A stretch of 34,752 nt of DNA from Candidatus Methylomirabilota bacterium (GCA_046726415.1 JBKPAK010000215.1:1-34752); one strand, 5' to 3'. Numbered from the stretch's first letter, positions 17,165 to 27,591 are shown. Notes: generated by a model from the sequence alone, not told the origin. A program made the numbers and translations.

Positions 17165-18373
17165 ATGAGCCAAGCGCTCGAAGGCATTCGCGTCATCGAC
17201 TTCACCCACGACCAGGCGGGGCCGTCCTGCACCCAGATGCTGGCCTGGCTCGGCGCCGATGTGATCAAGATCGAGCGGCCCCCGCACGGCGACCGGGCGC
17301 GGCGGCTGTGGGCTACGCCTGACGATCCGGCCGACAGCTATTTTTTTCTGCTGCTCAACAGCAACAAGCGCAGCATCGTCGTCGATCTGAAGACCGGCGA
17401 GGGCAAGGACATCGCCCGCCGCCTGGTCCGGGAGGCCGATGTCGTCGCCGAGAACCTCGGCCCCGGGGTGATGGAGCGGCTCGGGCTCGGCTACGAGGCG
17501 GTCAAGGTGCTGAACCCGCGCGCGGTGTATGCCTCGGTCAAGGGCTTCGGCTCCTACGGCCCGTACAGCGCCTACAAGTGCTTCGAGCCAGTGGCTCAGG
17601 CGACCTCCGGCGCGATGAGCGTGACCGGCGAGGCCGACGGGCCGCCGCTGCTCAACGGCGCCAACATCGGCGACAGCGGGACCGGCATGCACCTCGCGAT
17701 CGCCATCCTCGCGGCCCTCGTGCAGCGCGGCCACACCGGCAAGGGCCAGCTCGTCGAGGTGGCGATGCAGGAGGCGGTCTTGAACCTGACCCGGGTCAAG
17801 TTCACGCCGACCCTGCGGGACGGCAAGCCGCTCCGGCGCTCCGGCAACCGCTCGACGTCCGGCGGATATGCCGACCTGATCCGCTGCGCCGGCGACGGCT
17901 CGAACGACGCGGTCTACCTGATCATCCCGCCCGACAACCCCGAGATGTTCACCGCGGTGACCGAGGTCATCGGTCAGCCCGAGCTGCAGAAGGACGAGCG
18001 ATTTGCCACACCGCCGGCGCGGGCCCGGAACGCTCCGGCGCTGACCGAGATTCTCGAGCGCTGGGCGCGCTCGCGCAGCAAACACGAGGTGATGAAGGCG
18101 CTCGCCGGCCGCGGCGTGGTCTGCGGCGCCGTCCTCGACACCGCCGAGGTGCTGGCCAACCCGCACCTGCGCGAGCGCGGCGTGGTCTACGATATCGACC
18201 ACCCGGCGCGCGGACGGTTCTCGGTGATCGGCTGTCCGGTACGCCTGTCCGATTCGCCGTTCGTGCCGACTCGCGCGCCGCTCATGGGCGAGCATACCGA
18301 GACGGTCTTGCAAAGCCTCGCGGGCTTCAGCGCCGACGAGGTGCGAGCGCTCCGCGAGAAACGAGTGATCTGA
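17165..18373 (+). CDS. Family III CoA-transferase (formyl-CoA transferase-like, CaiB/BaiF)
   Basis: QAGPSCTQMLAWLGADVIKIE, NSNKRSI, ENLGPG, IGDSGTGMH with the catalytic Asp, AP..GEHT. ATG 17165 after AGGAGAG. Confidence 0.93.
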   Translation: MSQALEGIRVIDFTHDQAGPSCTQMLAWLGADVIKIERPPHGDRARRLWATPDDPADSYFFLLLNSNKRSIVVDLKTGEGKDIARRLVREADVVAENLGPGVMERLGLGYEAVKVLNPRAVYASVKGFGSYGPYSAYKCFEPVAQATSGAMSVTGEADGPPLLNGANIGDSGTGMHLAIAILAALVQRGHTGKGQLVEVAMQEAVLNLTRVKFTPTLRDGKPLRRSGNRSTSGGYADLIRCAGDGSNDAVYLIIPPDNPEMFTAVTEVIGQPELQKDERFATPPARARNAPALTEILERWARSRSKHEVMKALAGRGVVCGAVLDTAEVLANPHLRERGVVYDIDHPARGRFSVIGCPVRLSDSPFVPTRAPLMGEHTETVLQSLAGFSADEVRALREKRVI

Positions 18374-18392
18374 GGCACGGAGGAGCTTCCCG

Positions 18393-19235
18393 ATGGCGAT
18401 CATCGATTCCCAGGTCCACGTCTACGAGGCGAACACCCCGAAGCGCCCCTGGCACACCGTGCCGAACTGGCCCGATCACGTCACCGGTGACGAGATGGTG
18501 GCGGCCATGGACTCAGTCGGCGTCGACGGCGCGATCTTCATCTCCGCCTTCTCCATGTACCGCTACGACGCGAGCTATGCCGTGGAGGTGCAACGAGCTC
18601 ATCCCGGCCGGTTCGCCCTCGTGAAGCCGGTCGATCCGGATGATCCGGCGGTGGCCGATGTCATCGCCGACTGGAAGAAGACGCCGGGCACCGTGGGCAT
18701 CCGCATCATGATGACCAAAGAGGCGGGGCGCGATCCGAACGACCCGGGGCTCGAGCGGATCCTGCGCGCCGCCGTCCGGCACGACTTTCCGGTCAACATG
18801 CTGTGCTGGGGCAACCTGGACGCGGGGGCGGCGCTGATCGACCGCTACCCCGATACGCGATTCATCATCGACCATCTGGGCATCATGCAGCCCCGAACGC
18901 CGCCCGCCCCGCCGCAGCCCTGGGCCGATCTGCCGAAGGTGCTGGACCTCGCCCGGCGCCGGAACGCGGTGATCAAGGTCAGCGGTGCCTGCACGCTGTC
19001 CCGGGAACCATATCCCTTCCCGGACATTTGGGATCCCCTCGCCCGCGTCTTCGACGCCTGGGGTTTCGAACGCTGCCTGTGGGGGACCGACTGGACTCGC
19101 GCCTTCGCAGTCGTCAACTACGAACAGGCCGTCGAGCCCTTCCGCCAAACCGAGCGCCTGAGCGACAGTGAACGGGCGATGCTGATGGGCGGTGCCTGCG
19201 CCAAGGCGTATGGCTGGTCGCCGAAGAAGGGCTAG
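18393..19235 (+). CDS. Amidohydrolase_2 family protein
   Basis: IIDSQVH, GIR, FIIDHLG, IKVSG, FG/WG..RCLWGTDW. Confidence 0.9.
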   Translation: MAIIDSQVHVYEANTPKRPWHTVPNWPDHVTGDEMVAAMDSVGVDGAIFISAFSMYRYDASYAVEVQRAHPGRFALVKPVDPDDPAVADVIADWKKTPGTVGIRIMMTKEAGRDPNDPGLERILRAAVRHDFPVNMLCWGNLDAGAALIDRYPDTRFIIDHLGIMQPRTPPAPPQPWADLPKVLDLARRRNAVIKVSGACTLSREPYPFPDIWDPLARVFDAWGFERCLWGTDWTRAFAVVNYEQAVEPFRQTERLSDSERAMLMGGACAKAYGWSPKKG

Positions 19236-19320
19236 TCGCGACACTCTCGTGCGAGTGCGCGAAAGCAGACGCGGGGGCGTCATGTCGACGACCGACGTCA
19301 CGTGACACCCCAGCACGCCC

Positions 19321-20334
19321 TCAGGGCGCTCGCGGTGCGAGGGGGGCCGGTACCGCCGCCAGATCGCGCCAGCGATGGCAGGCGACCTCGCCGCCATCGG
19401 CGACGGGCTCGAGCTTGGGCAGCGCTTCGGCGCAGAGGGCGATCGCGTGTGGGCACCGCGTCCGGAACGCGCAGCCCGATGGCACGGCCGTCGGGCTCGG
19501 GGGCTCACCGCGGATAGGGATGGCGCCGAGGTCCTGGCCGGTGACCAGCCGCGGCGCCGCCGCTAGCAGCATGCGCGTATACGGGTGAGCGGGCGCGTCG
19601 AAGAGGTGCCGCGTGTCCGCGAGCTCGACGATGCGGCCGAGGTACATGATGGCGACGCGGTCGCACATCTGCTCCACGACCGAGAGGTCGTGGGAGATGA
19701 AGAGGTACGTCAGACCGAACTCCGTCCGCAGCTCGCGGATGAGCCTGAGCACCGTCGCCTGCACCGACAGGTCGAGCCCTGACGTCGGCTCGTCCAGGAT
19801 CACGATGCGGGGCGCCAGCACGAGCACGCGCGCGAGCGTGACGCGGCGGAGCTGGCCGCCCGACAGCTCGTGCGGATAGCGGCGCTTGAGCGCGGGCTCG
19901 AGCCCGACCGCGGCAAGCATGCGATCGATGCGGGCTTCGCGCTCGGCGCGCGACGCCACGCCGCTGATGACCAGGGCCTCCTCGAGACTCCGGCCGACGC
20001 TCCACCAGGGATCGAGGGCGGCGGCGGCATCCTGGTGGAGGTACTGGATGTCGGTCCGCGCGCCGCGCGCCGCCCGCGGCGCGAGCCCGCTCACCGCCCG
20101 GCCGTTGAGGCGGACGGTCCCGGCCGTCTCCCGCTGGATGCCGAGGATCGTTCGGCCGAGCGTCGATTTGCCACAGCCAGACTCGCCGACGATCCCCAGG
20201 ATCTCGTTCTCGCGAAGGGCCAGGTTCACGCCAGCCACCGCCCGTACCGGCGGGCGGGCGCGGCCCAGGAGGCGCCGCTCGCCACCGAGCAACGTCTCGA
20301 GGTCTTCGACCTCGAGGATCGTGCGCTCAGACAC
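19321..20334 (-). CDS. Opp/Dpp ABC transporter ATP-binding subunit (OppF-like)
   Basis: GESGCGKST, YPHELSGGQ, LDEPTSGLD, HPYT, GCAFRTRCP. Confidence 0.95.
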   Translation of the reverse strand: MSERTILEVEDLETLLGGERRLLGRARPPVRAVAGVNLALRENEILGIVGESGCGKSTLGRTILGIQRETAGTVRLNGRAVSGLAPRAARGARTDIQYLHQDAAAALDPWWSVGRSLEEALVISGVASRAEREARIDRMLAAVGLEPALKRRYPHELSGGQLRRVTLARVLVLAPRIVILDEPTSGLDLSVQATVLRLIRELRTEFGLTYLFISHDLSVVEQMCDRVAIMYLGRIVELADTRHLFDAPAHPYTRMLLAAAPRLVTGQDLGAIPIRGEPPSPTAVPSGCAFRTRCPHAIALCAEALPKLEPVADGGEVACHRWRDLAAVPAPLAPRAP

Positions 20335-21325
20335 GGGACACCGTCCCCTGATAGAGGACGCAGCTCACCTCATGCCCGGCCGCCTCGATGATGGCCTCCG
20401 GTCGCGCCGCCGAGCACACCGCGCGCGCCGATGGGCAGCGCGGGTGAAAGCGGCAGCCGGACGGTGGGGCCAGCGGGGAGGCGACCGTTCCCGGAATGCC
20501 GGTGAGATCGCGCGCACGGTCGGGATGGCAGGCGATCAGCATCTGCGTGTAGGGGTGGCGCGGACGTTCGAGGATCTCGGCCGTCCGACCCGCCTCCACC
20601 GACTGTCCCGCGTACATCACCATGACCTCGTCGCAGAGCTGGGCGACCACGCCGAAGTCGTGGGTGACGAAGAGCATCGACACGCCGAAGCGGCTCGCGA
20701 GGTCACGCAGCAGGCGCAGGATCTGGAGCTGCGTGGTGACATCGAGCGCGCTCGTGGGCTCGTCGGCGATGACCAGGCGCGGTCGGCAGGCGAGGGCGCC
20801 AGCGATCAGAACGCGCTGGCGCTGGCCTCCGGAGAACTGATGAGGGTAGCGCTCAAGCGCAGCCTCCGGGTCCGGGATCTGAACCGCGCGCAGCAGCTCG
20901 ATGAGGCGCGCGCGGTGGCCGCGGCGACCTGGGTTTCCGTTGCCGCCGGCTTCCGCGTGCCAGCGCATGATCTCGAGGAGCTGGGTGCCCACGGTGAACA
21001 CCGGATTGAGGGCGAGGTACGGGTCTTGGGGGATGAAGCTGATCTCCTTGCCGCGGATCCGGCGCGTCAGCTCGCGCTGGGACAATCGGAGGAGATCCTG
21101 GCCGCCGAGCAGGATCCGCCCCCGTTCCACCCGCGCCGCCCGCGGCAGGATGCCCAGGACGGCCCGCGCCAGCGTGGACTTCCCGCACCCCGACTCGCCG
21201 ACGACACCGACGATCCGGCCGCGCGGGATCCTGAGATCGACGTGGTCGAGGACGCGGGCCGGGCCGTCGTCCGTGGCGATGGAGATCGCAAGGCCGCTGA
21301 CGGCCAGGACGAGATCGTCGCTCAC
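20327..21325 (-). CDS. Opp/Dpp ABC transporter ATP-binding subunit (OppD-like)
   Basis: GESGCGKS, YPHQFSGGQRQR, ADEPTSALDVT, GCRFHPRCP. GTG start at 21325 overlaps the upstream stop. Confidence 0.95.
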   Translation of the reverse strand: MSDDLVLAVSGLAISIATDDGPARVLDHVDLRIPRGRIVGVVGESGCGKSTLARAVLGILPRAARVERGRILLGGQDLLRLSQRELTRRIRGKEISFIPQDPYLALNPVFTVGTQLLEIMRWHAEAGGNGNPGRRGHRARLIELLRAVQIPDPEAALERYPHQFSGGQRQRVLIAGALACRPRLVIADEPTSALDVTTQLQILRLLRDLASRFGVSMLFVTHDFGVVAQLCDEVMVMYAGQSVEAGRTAEILERPRHPYTQMLIACHPDRARDLTGIPGTVASPLAPPSGCRFHPRCPSARAVCSAARPEAIIEAAGHEVSCVLYQGTVSRV

Positions 21326-22161
21326 CGCGAGCGCCTGAGGCGCGGGTCCACGACGTCGCGGAGCCCGTCGCCGAGGAGGTTGAAGCCGAAGACGACCAGG
21401 AAGATCGCGATCCCCGGGAAGGCGGCGAACCACCACGCCTCAGGCAGATACTGCCGGCTCTCCGAGATGGCGAGCCCCCACTCGGGATCGGGCGGCGTGG
21501 CGCCCATGCCGAGGAACCCCAAGGTCGCTGCCGACAGGATCGTGAAGCCCATGCCGATGGTCGCGCGGACGATGATCGGTGGCGCGGCGTTTGGCAGGAT
21601 GTGCAAGAACATCACCCGGAGGGCGCTCGCATTGAGCCCCTCGAGCGCCTCCACGAAGACCGAGACGCGGATGCGCCGGGTCTCGGCGAAGACGATGCGG
21701 GTGAAGAAGGGCCAGTACGTCAGGGTGAGCGCGAGCATGGCGTTCTTCAGGCTTGGGCCCAGGAGCTGGGCAAGCGCCAGAGCCAGGATGAGCTGCGGCA
21801 CCGCGAGGAAGACGTCCGTGACCCGCATGATGGCCTCCGGGGCCCAGCCCCGGTGGTAGCCGGCCACGAGGCCGAGCGGAACCCCGATCAGCATCGCCCC
21901 CGCCACCACGAGCGCGGCAATGGTGAGCGCCGCCCGCGCCCCGAGGATGACCCGCGACAGCATGTCTCGCCCGAGGTTGTCGGTGCCGAGCGGGAACGCC
22001 GCCGAGGGCGCCTGAAGGCGCAGGAGCGGGTGAGACTCGTAGGCGTCGAGCGGGTGGGGCGCCAGACGCGGGGCCAGCACCGCCACCACCGCCGTGAGCA
22101 GCACGATCACGAGGCCGACCATGCCAGAGGTGTCGCGAGCGAACTTCCTGAGGACGAGCAT
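21322..22161 (-). CDS. Opp/Dpp ABC transporter permease (OppC-like)
   Basis: LGTDNLGRDMLSRV, HILPN, LGFLGMGATPP.PEWG, FNLLGDGLRD..DPR. Start at 22161. Confidence 0.95.
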   Translation of the reverse strand: MLVLRKFARDTSGMVGLVIVLLTAVVAVLAPRLAPHPLDAYESHPLLRLQAPSAAFPLGTDNLGRDMLSRVILGARAALTIAALVVAGAMLIGVPLGLVAGYHRGWAPEAIMRVTDVFLAVPQLILALALAQLLGPSLKNAMLALTLTYWPFFTRIVFAETRRIRVSVFVEALEGLNASALRVMFLHILPNAAPPIIVRATIGMGFTILSAATLGFLGMGATPPDPEWGLAISESRQYLPEAWWFAAFPGIAIFLVVFGFNLLGDGLRDVVDPRLRRSR

Positions 22162-23171
22162 CAGAGCTCCGCGGCCACCCGCGGGTCGATCAGTCCGTGG
22201 ATCAGGTCGACGAGGATGTTGACGACCGAGTAGACGATGCCGACCAGGAGCGTCACGGCCAGGATCGCCTTGTAGTCGGAGGTGAAGATCGCGCTGACCG
22301 CATAGCTCCCGATGCCGGGCCAGTCGTAGATCGACTCGACGACGACCGCGCCGGCCAGGAGCGCCCCGAAGAGCAGGCCGATCTGCGTGATAGTGGCGAC
22401 CAGCGAGTTGCGCAGGACGTAGACGGCGATGAGGAGCCCGCGCGGGTAGCCGGCGGCGATCTCGTAGGTCACGTACTCCTTCTGCAGTGTCTCCAGCACG
22501 CCGCTCCGCGTGAACCGCGTGATCGTCGCCATGGCGCCGAGGGAGAGGGTCACCGCCGGGAGAGCCAGGTGGCGGAGGGCGTCGCGGAAGGCGTCGACGC
22601 GCGCCGTGAGCAGGCTGTCGATCAGCAAGAGGCCGGTGATCTGAGTCGGCGGGGTCATCGCGGTGCCGAGCCGTCCCCGGAGGGGGAGCAGGTCGAGCTG
22701 CATGGAGAAGAACAGCTGGAGCATGATCGCGAACCAGAACGAGGCGATGGCGACGCCGCCGACGGTGAAGAACCGGAGCCCGTGGTCGAGCCACGTGTTG
22801 TGGCGGACCGCGGCGAGCACGCCCAGCGCGATGCCGAGGCCGGCGCCGAGCAGGAGCGCGGCGAGCGTCAACTCGAGCGTCGCCGGCAAGCGCTGAAGAA
22901 TGTCCCGCGCGACAGGGCGCCCGGACTGGATGCTGGTGCCGAGGTCGGCCTGGACGACCTGTCGAAGGTAAATCCCGAACTGGACGATCAGCGGTCGGTC
23001 GAACCCGTACTTGGTCCGGATCTCGGCGATCTGCTGGGGCGTGGCATTCTGGCCCGCCAGGGCGGCTGAGGGGTCGTTCGGTACGATGCGGACCAGGACG
23101 AACGTCAGAACAAGGAGCCCGAACAGCACGGGCAGGACGAGGAGTACTCGACGCAGGACGAATCTCAGCAT
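22161..23171 (-). CDS. Opp/Dpp ABC transporter permease (OppB-like)
   Basis: GFDRPL..QF, DLGTS, RLPATLEL, LRN, GAVVVES, DL...IDPRV. Confidence 0.95.
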   Translation of the reverse strand: MLRFVLRRVLLVLPVLFGLLVLTFVLVRIVPNDPSAALAGQNATPQQIAEIRTKYGFDRPLIVQFGIYLRQVVQADLGTSIQSGRPVARDILQRLPATLELTLAALLLGAGLGIALGVLAAVRHNTWLDHGLRFFTVGGVAIASFWFAIMLQLFFSMQLDLLPLRGRLGTAMTPPTQITGLLLIDSLLTARVDAFRDALRHLALPAVTLSLGAMATITRFTRSGVLETLQKEYVTYEIAAGYPRGLLIAVYVLRNSLVATITQIGLLFGALLAGAVVVESIYDWPGIGSYAVSAIFTSDYKAILAVTLLVGIVYSVVNILVDLIHGLIDPRVAAEL

Positions 23172-23226
23172 GACAGCGCGGGCGGGGCGGGCCGGACCGA
23201 CCCGCAGCCGCCGCCCGCCTCACTCG

Positions 23227-24804
23227 TTAGTTGGCCAGGGACATCCAGCGCAACTCGCTGCCGCTGCCCACGGGGGAAAACTTGAAGCCCTTGACCCGGG
23301 CCCGCATGCCGCGCAGCTCGACGGTGTTGTAGACCCAGATGTCCGGCGCGTCGTCGACCAGGATGCGCGCCGCCTGCTGGTAGAGCTTCGCCCGTTCCTC
23401 GCGGTTCGTGTTGCTCCGCGCCGAGCGCAGCAGCTCGTCGACGTTGGGGTTCTTGTACCAGGACGAGGCCTTCCACGTCCCGTGAAGCTGGCTGTCGTAC
23501 ATGGTGCCGATCCAGTTCTCGGGATCGATGAAGTAGGCGCTCACCCAATGGATCCACATGTCGGGCGTGGTGTCCGGCTTGGCCGTCGAGGCCGTCAGGT
23601 TGGGCCACGTGTTGGGCACGACCTTCATGTTGAGCCCGATCTTCTTGACGTCGCTCTGGAACAACTGCGCCGCTTGCATGGTCTGGTCCAGCCCAGTCTG
23701 GATGTGGAGCTGGACCTCCCGGTCGACCGGCGCCCCTTTGGCCTTCGCCTTGTCGCAGTCGGCCTTGGCCTTGACGAGGTCGAAGTCGTAGCCCTTGATG
23801 CCCTGCGGGTAGCCCCAAAGATTCTTGGGAATGGGGGCGGGGTTGCGCTCGGCATAGTTCTTCAGGATCACGCCGATGAAGGCATCGTAGTTGAACGCGC
23901 GGCTCATGCAGCGGCGGAAGTCGACGTTGTCGAAGGGCGGCTTGGTGTTGTTCATGCGGATGATGAAGATCCGCATCGACTCGTTCCGGTGGACGACCAC
24001 GTCCTTGACCTTCGACAGGCGCTCCACCTGGTCGGTGGGCAGATAGCTATCGGCGGCGTCGATCTCGCCCTTCATCAGCGCCAGGACCCGGGTGGTCTGC
24101 TCGGCGACCGGGCGTACGCGGATGAGGTCGATGGGTTTGGCGTTGTGACTCCAGCCCATGAAGTGATTGGGGTTGCGCTTGAGATCGAGGGCCTTGGTCG
24201 GGATGTAGCTGGCGGGGTCCGCGATGTAGGCTCCCGAGCCGGCGCCGTTGCCGGCGAGCCAGGCGTTGCCCCAGTCGTTGTCCTTGACGTGGGGCTCGAC
24301 CACCCGGCGGTTCACGATGGTGGCGACGGGGATGATGGAGAGGAACGGCGCGTACGGCTTCTCGAGCACGAAGCGCACCGTGTGCTTGTCGACCGCGGTC
24401 ACCGTCTCAATCTTGGCGGCCTTCAGCGGGCCGGCGGCCGCCTTGCCGAGCCCGAGGATGCGCTGGATGCTCCAGGCCACGTCCTCTCCCGCTAGGTCGC
24501 TGCCGTCGTGGAACTTCACGCCCTTCCTCAGCTTGAACTCCCAGGTGCGGCCGTCCTTGGACACGGTGTGGCTCTCGGCGAGCCAGGGCTGGAGCTGTGG
24601 CGGATTGCCCTGGTAACGGTAGAGGTTGTCGTACACGTTGAGCTGGATGAGCGCGGCCGGCACATCGTAGGGATCGTGGGGGTCCAAGTTCGCCGGCAGG
24701 CCGTCGCCCCACACCATCGCGTTGTCCTGCCCCGCCGCCGGAATGGCGCCCGGGCCGAGGGCCACAATCCACAAGGCGACCAGGACGAACAATCTGGCTC
24801 TCAT
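23227..24804 (-). CDS. ABC substrate-binding protein, family 5
   Basis: Signal peptide, NLDPH, PWLAES..VS.DG.TW.FKLRKGVKFHDGS, GSGAY, PFDNVDFR. Confidence 0.95.
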   Translation of the reverse strand: MRARLFVLVALWIVALGPGAIPAAGQDNAMVWGDGLPANLDPHDPYDVPAALIQLNVYDNLYRYQGNPPQLQPWLAESHTVSKDGRTWEFKLRKGVKFHDGSDLAGEDVAWSIQRILGLGKAAAGPLKAAKIETVTAVDKHTVRFVLEKPYAPFLSIIPVATIVNRRVVEPHVKDNDWGNAWLAGNGAGSGAYIADPASYIPTKALDLKRNPNHFMGWSHNAKPIDLIRVRPVAEQTTRVLALMKGEIDAADSYLPTDQVERLSKVKDVVVHRNESMRIFIIRMNNTKPPFDNVDFRRCMSRAFNYDAFIGVILKNYAERNPAPIPKNLWGYPQGIKGYDFDLVKAKADCDKAKAKGAPVDREVQLHIQTGLDQTMQAAQLFQSDVKKIGLNMKVVPNTWPNLTASTAKPDTTPDMWIHWVSAYFIDPENWIGTMYDSQLHGTWKASSWYKNPNVDELLRSARSNTNREERAKLYQQAARILVDDAPDIWVYNTVELRGMRARVKGFKFSPVGSGSELRWMSLAN

Positions 24805-25532
24805 CGCGTCACCTCCAGTTTCGGCGGAAGGGGATACGCGGCCTTGCTGTGCGAGAGGCCCATCGCCACCACCGCCTCGGCGGTCTTCAGCGCCGCCACG
24901 ACCGGGTTCACGACGGGGAGCTCGAGACGTTTCTGGACCTCGTCGGTCACGCCGACGAACCCCATCGACATGCAGCCGAGCGCGAAGACGTCGGCGGCGT
25001 CCTCGCGCGCCGCCGTCCGCGCCACCTCGGTGACCCGCTCCAGCACCGCCTCGCGGTCGCGGGCCAGGTCGAGCACGGACATGCCGATACCCCGGACCGA
25101 AGCGAACTTGTCGGCGACGCCGAGCGCGCGCAGCCGCGCCGCCACCCGCCCCTCACCGCCGCCGAGAGGAGCGATGATGCTGAAGCGCGTCCCGAGCTGC
25201 GCCGCCAGGTGCACCGCGCTCGACCCCGGGCCGATCACCGGGATGTCCACCAGCTCGCGCAGGGCGTCCAAACCGGGATCGGAGAAGCAGCCGACGATGA
25301 CGGCCCCGAAGCCGTCCTCCTGGGCGCGAAGAACCGCACGCGTCAGCTCGGGCACCACCAGGGCCGCCTCGTAGGCCGACTCGATCGATGGCGGCCCGTC
25401 GGCGAGGCTCCGCACCTCCACGTCGACGCCGGGCGCCGCCCGCTCCCGCAGGAACTGCCGCCGGCGCTCGACCTCGGCGGGTCCCAGGACCGTCTTGTCC
25501 ATCGGGCTCGTGAGCTGATACAGGATCCGCAT
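24801..25532 (-). CDS. Asp/Glu/hydantoin racemase family protein
   Basis: GPPSIES, VGCFSDPGLDALRE, LGCMSM, PVVNPV, HSKAAY. Both catalytic Cys are present. Confidence 0.92.
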   Translation of the reverse strand: MRILYQLTSPMDKTVLGPAEVERRRQFLRERAAPGVDVEVRSLADGPPSIESAYEAALVVPELTRAVLRAQEDGFGAVIVGCFSDPGLDALRELVDIPVIGPGSSAVHLAAQLGTRFSIIAPLGGGEGRVAARLRALGVADKFASVRGIGMSVLDLARDREAVLERVTEVARTAAREDAADVFALGCMSMGFVGVTDEVQKRLELPVVNPVVAALKTAEAVVAMGLSHSKAAYPLPPKLEVTR

Positions 25533-25542
25533 GGCGCAGCCC

Positions 25543-27303
25543 TCACCCGATCCGCGCGAGGGTCTCGTCGATCAGCCGCCGGGCGTCGTCGAGCGCATCC
25601 GCCACGCGGTTTCTCTGCCGGACCAGCTTGGTCTCGAGCATCCACCGCTCCTCGGCCTCCGGCAAGGTCGGGAGACGCGGCACCTCGGCCAGGCACGGGA
25701 TCATAGTCGTCTGGGCGGTCAGGCCGTATGGATCGTGGCCGTAGGTCCCGATGGCAGTCGACTCGAGGGGGATGAGGAGCCGTCCAAGCCGCTTGATGCA
25801 GTGGTTGAGCACCTCGGCGGGCTCGTCGTCCTTCGTGCCGTCCTTCGAGTAGCGCTGCCGCCAGCGGTCGGCCGTCTCGTCGAAGCGCGCCGCCGCCGCA
25901 CGGAACTGCTCGGCGCCGGCGAGCACACCGTCGAGGCCGATGCCCTTGCCAGGGCCGGCCAGCTCAGTGAGCCGCCCGATGAACTGCTCGGCCACGGGCA
26001 CGTAGGTGTAGGGCAGCACCGGGGCCGTGAGCAGCTCCCACAGGTAGGAGGCGTAGACCTCGAGGTGCTTCGGGATCTGATCAAAGTCGACCTTGTCGAT
26101 CGTGCACTCGAGCGTGTGGTGCCACCAGCCGAGGGTGGCCAGGGCGGTCGCCTTCAGTTCCGCGTCAGTGAACGCCGCGTGGCCGCCGAGGGTCGGGGCG
26201 CCCAGCCCGAAGAACGACGCGTCGCCGACCTTGACCGCCCGCTTCCATCTGAGCGTCCGACCCGGCATGAGCCGCTGCTCGATGGCCTGGTGGAAGCGTC
26301 GAAGCTCGGCGTTGGAGGAGGTCGACCACCAGGTGGTGCCGGTGCAGGCCGGCTGGTCGATCTCGACGTAGGCCGCCATGTGCTCCCGCAGCCGGTCCCA
26401 GTTCCTGTCCACGAACCACGAAGAGCCGATCATGGTGCCGGTCTCGTGACCCGCCCAGAACCCAAGCATGAGACCCCGGCGCAGCGCGTCTCGGTGCCGG
26501 CTGAATACCCGCGCCAGCTCCATCACGCACGAGTTGCCCGCCGCGTTGTCGGTGGCGGCCGGTCCGAACCAGGAGTCCTGATGCCCGCCCAGCACGACGA
26601 AGTCCTCGATCCGGCCTGGGATCTCCCCTGTCGTGATCCAGATGGGCCGCCATCCGTTCTCCACCCTTGTCCTGAACCAGAGGCGGACGGGGCCCTGCTT
26701 GGCCATCTCGCGGAGCCTCAACCCCTCGGTGCGCGCGATGCCGATGCACGGCAGGACCGGCATCTCGGTCCCATAGTTATCGGGCGTGGGATTGCCCCAG
26801 ACAGGCTTCACGGATCCCCACGGCACGGAGGCATTCGTGTCGTGGCCCCAGTTCATCATGACGCAGCCGGCGGCGCCCAGGATCCCGGCGATGCGCTGTT
26901 TCTCGTGCCGGGCTGGCGAGTAGGAGAGTTCCGACAGCGTGATTCTTCCCTTCGGATTCTTGCCCGCGTACTCCTCGAATCCCCCGGTGTAGACATCGAG
27001 CAGCTCGCCCGTGATGCCTTCCGGCGACGTCTGGGTGCTGTGACCGAGGGTGTTGGCCTCGATGGTCAGCTCGACGGGCGATAGGATCTTGAGCTCGGCC
27101 TTCTCCGGGTAGCTCACGAGGCCCGGGAGGGTATGCACGGTGACGGCGATGCCGGTCTCGCGCAGCGTCTGTGCGCTGTACTCCGCCATGCGGCGCTGGT
27201 TGTCGGAGCCGGCCAGGCGCGAGGGGATGTTGTTGCAGATGTGCTCGACGTGGGCGCGGACGTTGCCGGCGGACAGGGCCGCCAGGATCTCCTTCTCCGA
27301 CAT
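25543..27303 (-). CDS. M28 family metallopeptidase with PA domain
   Basis: RLAGS, PA-like insert, GGHQDSW, ATDNAAG, WAGHETG, EIDQP, WWHHT. RBS GGAGG. Confidence 0.88.
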   Translation of the reverse strand: MSEKEILAALSAGNVRAHVEHICNNIPSRLAGSDNQRRMAEYSAQTLRETGIAVTVHTLPGLVSYPEKAELKILSPVELTIEANTLGHSTQTSPEGITGELLDVYTGGFEEYAGKNPKGRITLSELSYSPARHEKQRIAGILGAAGCVMMNWGHDTNASVPWGSVKPVWGNPTPDNYGTEMPVLPCIGIARTEGLRLREMAKQGPVRLWFRTRVENGWRPIWITTGEIPGRIEDFVVLGGHQDSWFGPAATDNAAGNSCVMELARVFSRHRDALRRGLMLGFWAGHETGTMIGSSWFVDRNWDRLREHMAAYVEIDQPACTGTTWWSTSSNAELRRFHQAIEQRLMPGRTLRWKRAVKVGDASFFGLGAPTLGGHAAFTDAELKATALATLGWWHHTLECTIDKVDFDQIPKHLEVYASYLWELLTAPVLPYTYVPVAEQFIGRLTELAGPGKGIGLDGVLAGAEQFRAAAARFDETADRWRQRYSKDGTKDDEPAEVLNHCIKRLGRLLIPLESTAIGTYGHDPYGLTAQTTMIPCLAEVPRLPTLPEAEERWMLETKLVRQRNRVADALDDARRLIDETLARIG

Positions 27304-27387
27304 CGCTGGGCCCTCCAGTTCATGACGCGGACGTTTTCGGTCTTGAGGTGGACCTCCGGGAAGCGGCGCTCCCCTGCCGGCGGCGCC

Positions 27388-27416
27388 ATCCTATACAAAG
27401 CCCCGGCGGCAAACAA
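27388..27416 (-). promoter_or_regulatory. Candidate sigma70 promoter of the M28-racemase-ABC operon
   Basis: Minus strand TTGTTT-N17-TAGGAT, 85 nt upstream of the start. Confidence 0.45.
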
Positions 27417-27495
27417 GCGGACCCGGTCCGAGCCGCGCGCAGACCTTGCTTCTCTTTGGGGTGGCATCCGCGCTCCCTCCGGCTCGGCTGCCTCG

Positions 27496-27591
27496 GAGAG
27501 GGCGGAGGTCGCGGCGAGGGTGTTCAAGCGAACGCGGAAGGACGCGAAGCTGCAGGAGTTCCGGCTCTACGACCTGCGGCACCCCTACGCG
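27496..27591 (+). pseudogene. Tyrosine recombinase/integrase remnant
   Basis: ARVFKRTRKDAKLQEFRLYDLRHPYA resembles the box II (H/Y)DLRH motif. Only about 30 codons are recognisable. Confidence 0.65.

Noticed and set aside
21322-23223. 633-aa permease ORF, and similar long extensions at 10892, 12003, 16895 and 30380
   Set aside because: These are shadow frames over upstream genes or non-homologous leaders. The real starts are at stop/start overlaps or an RBS.
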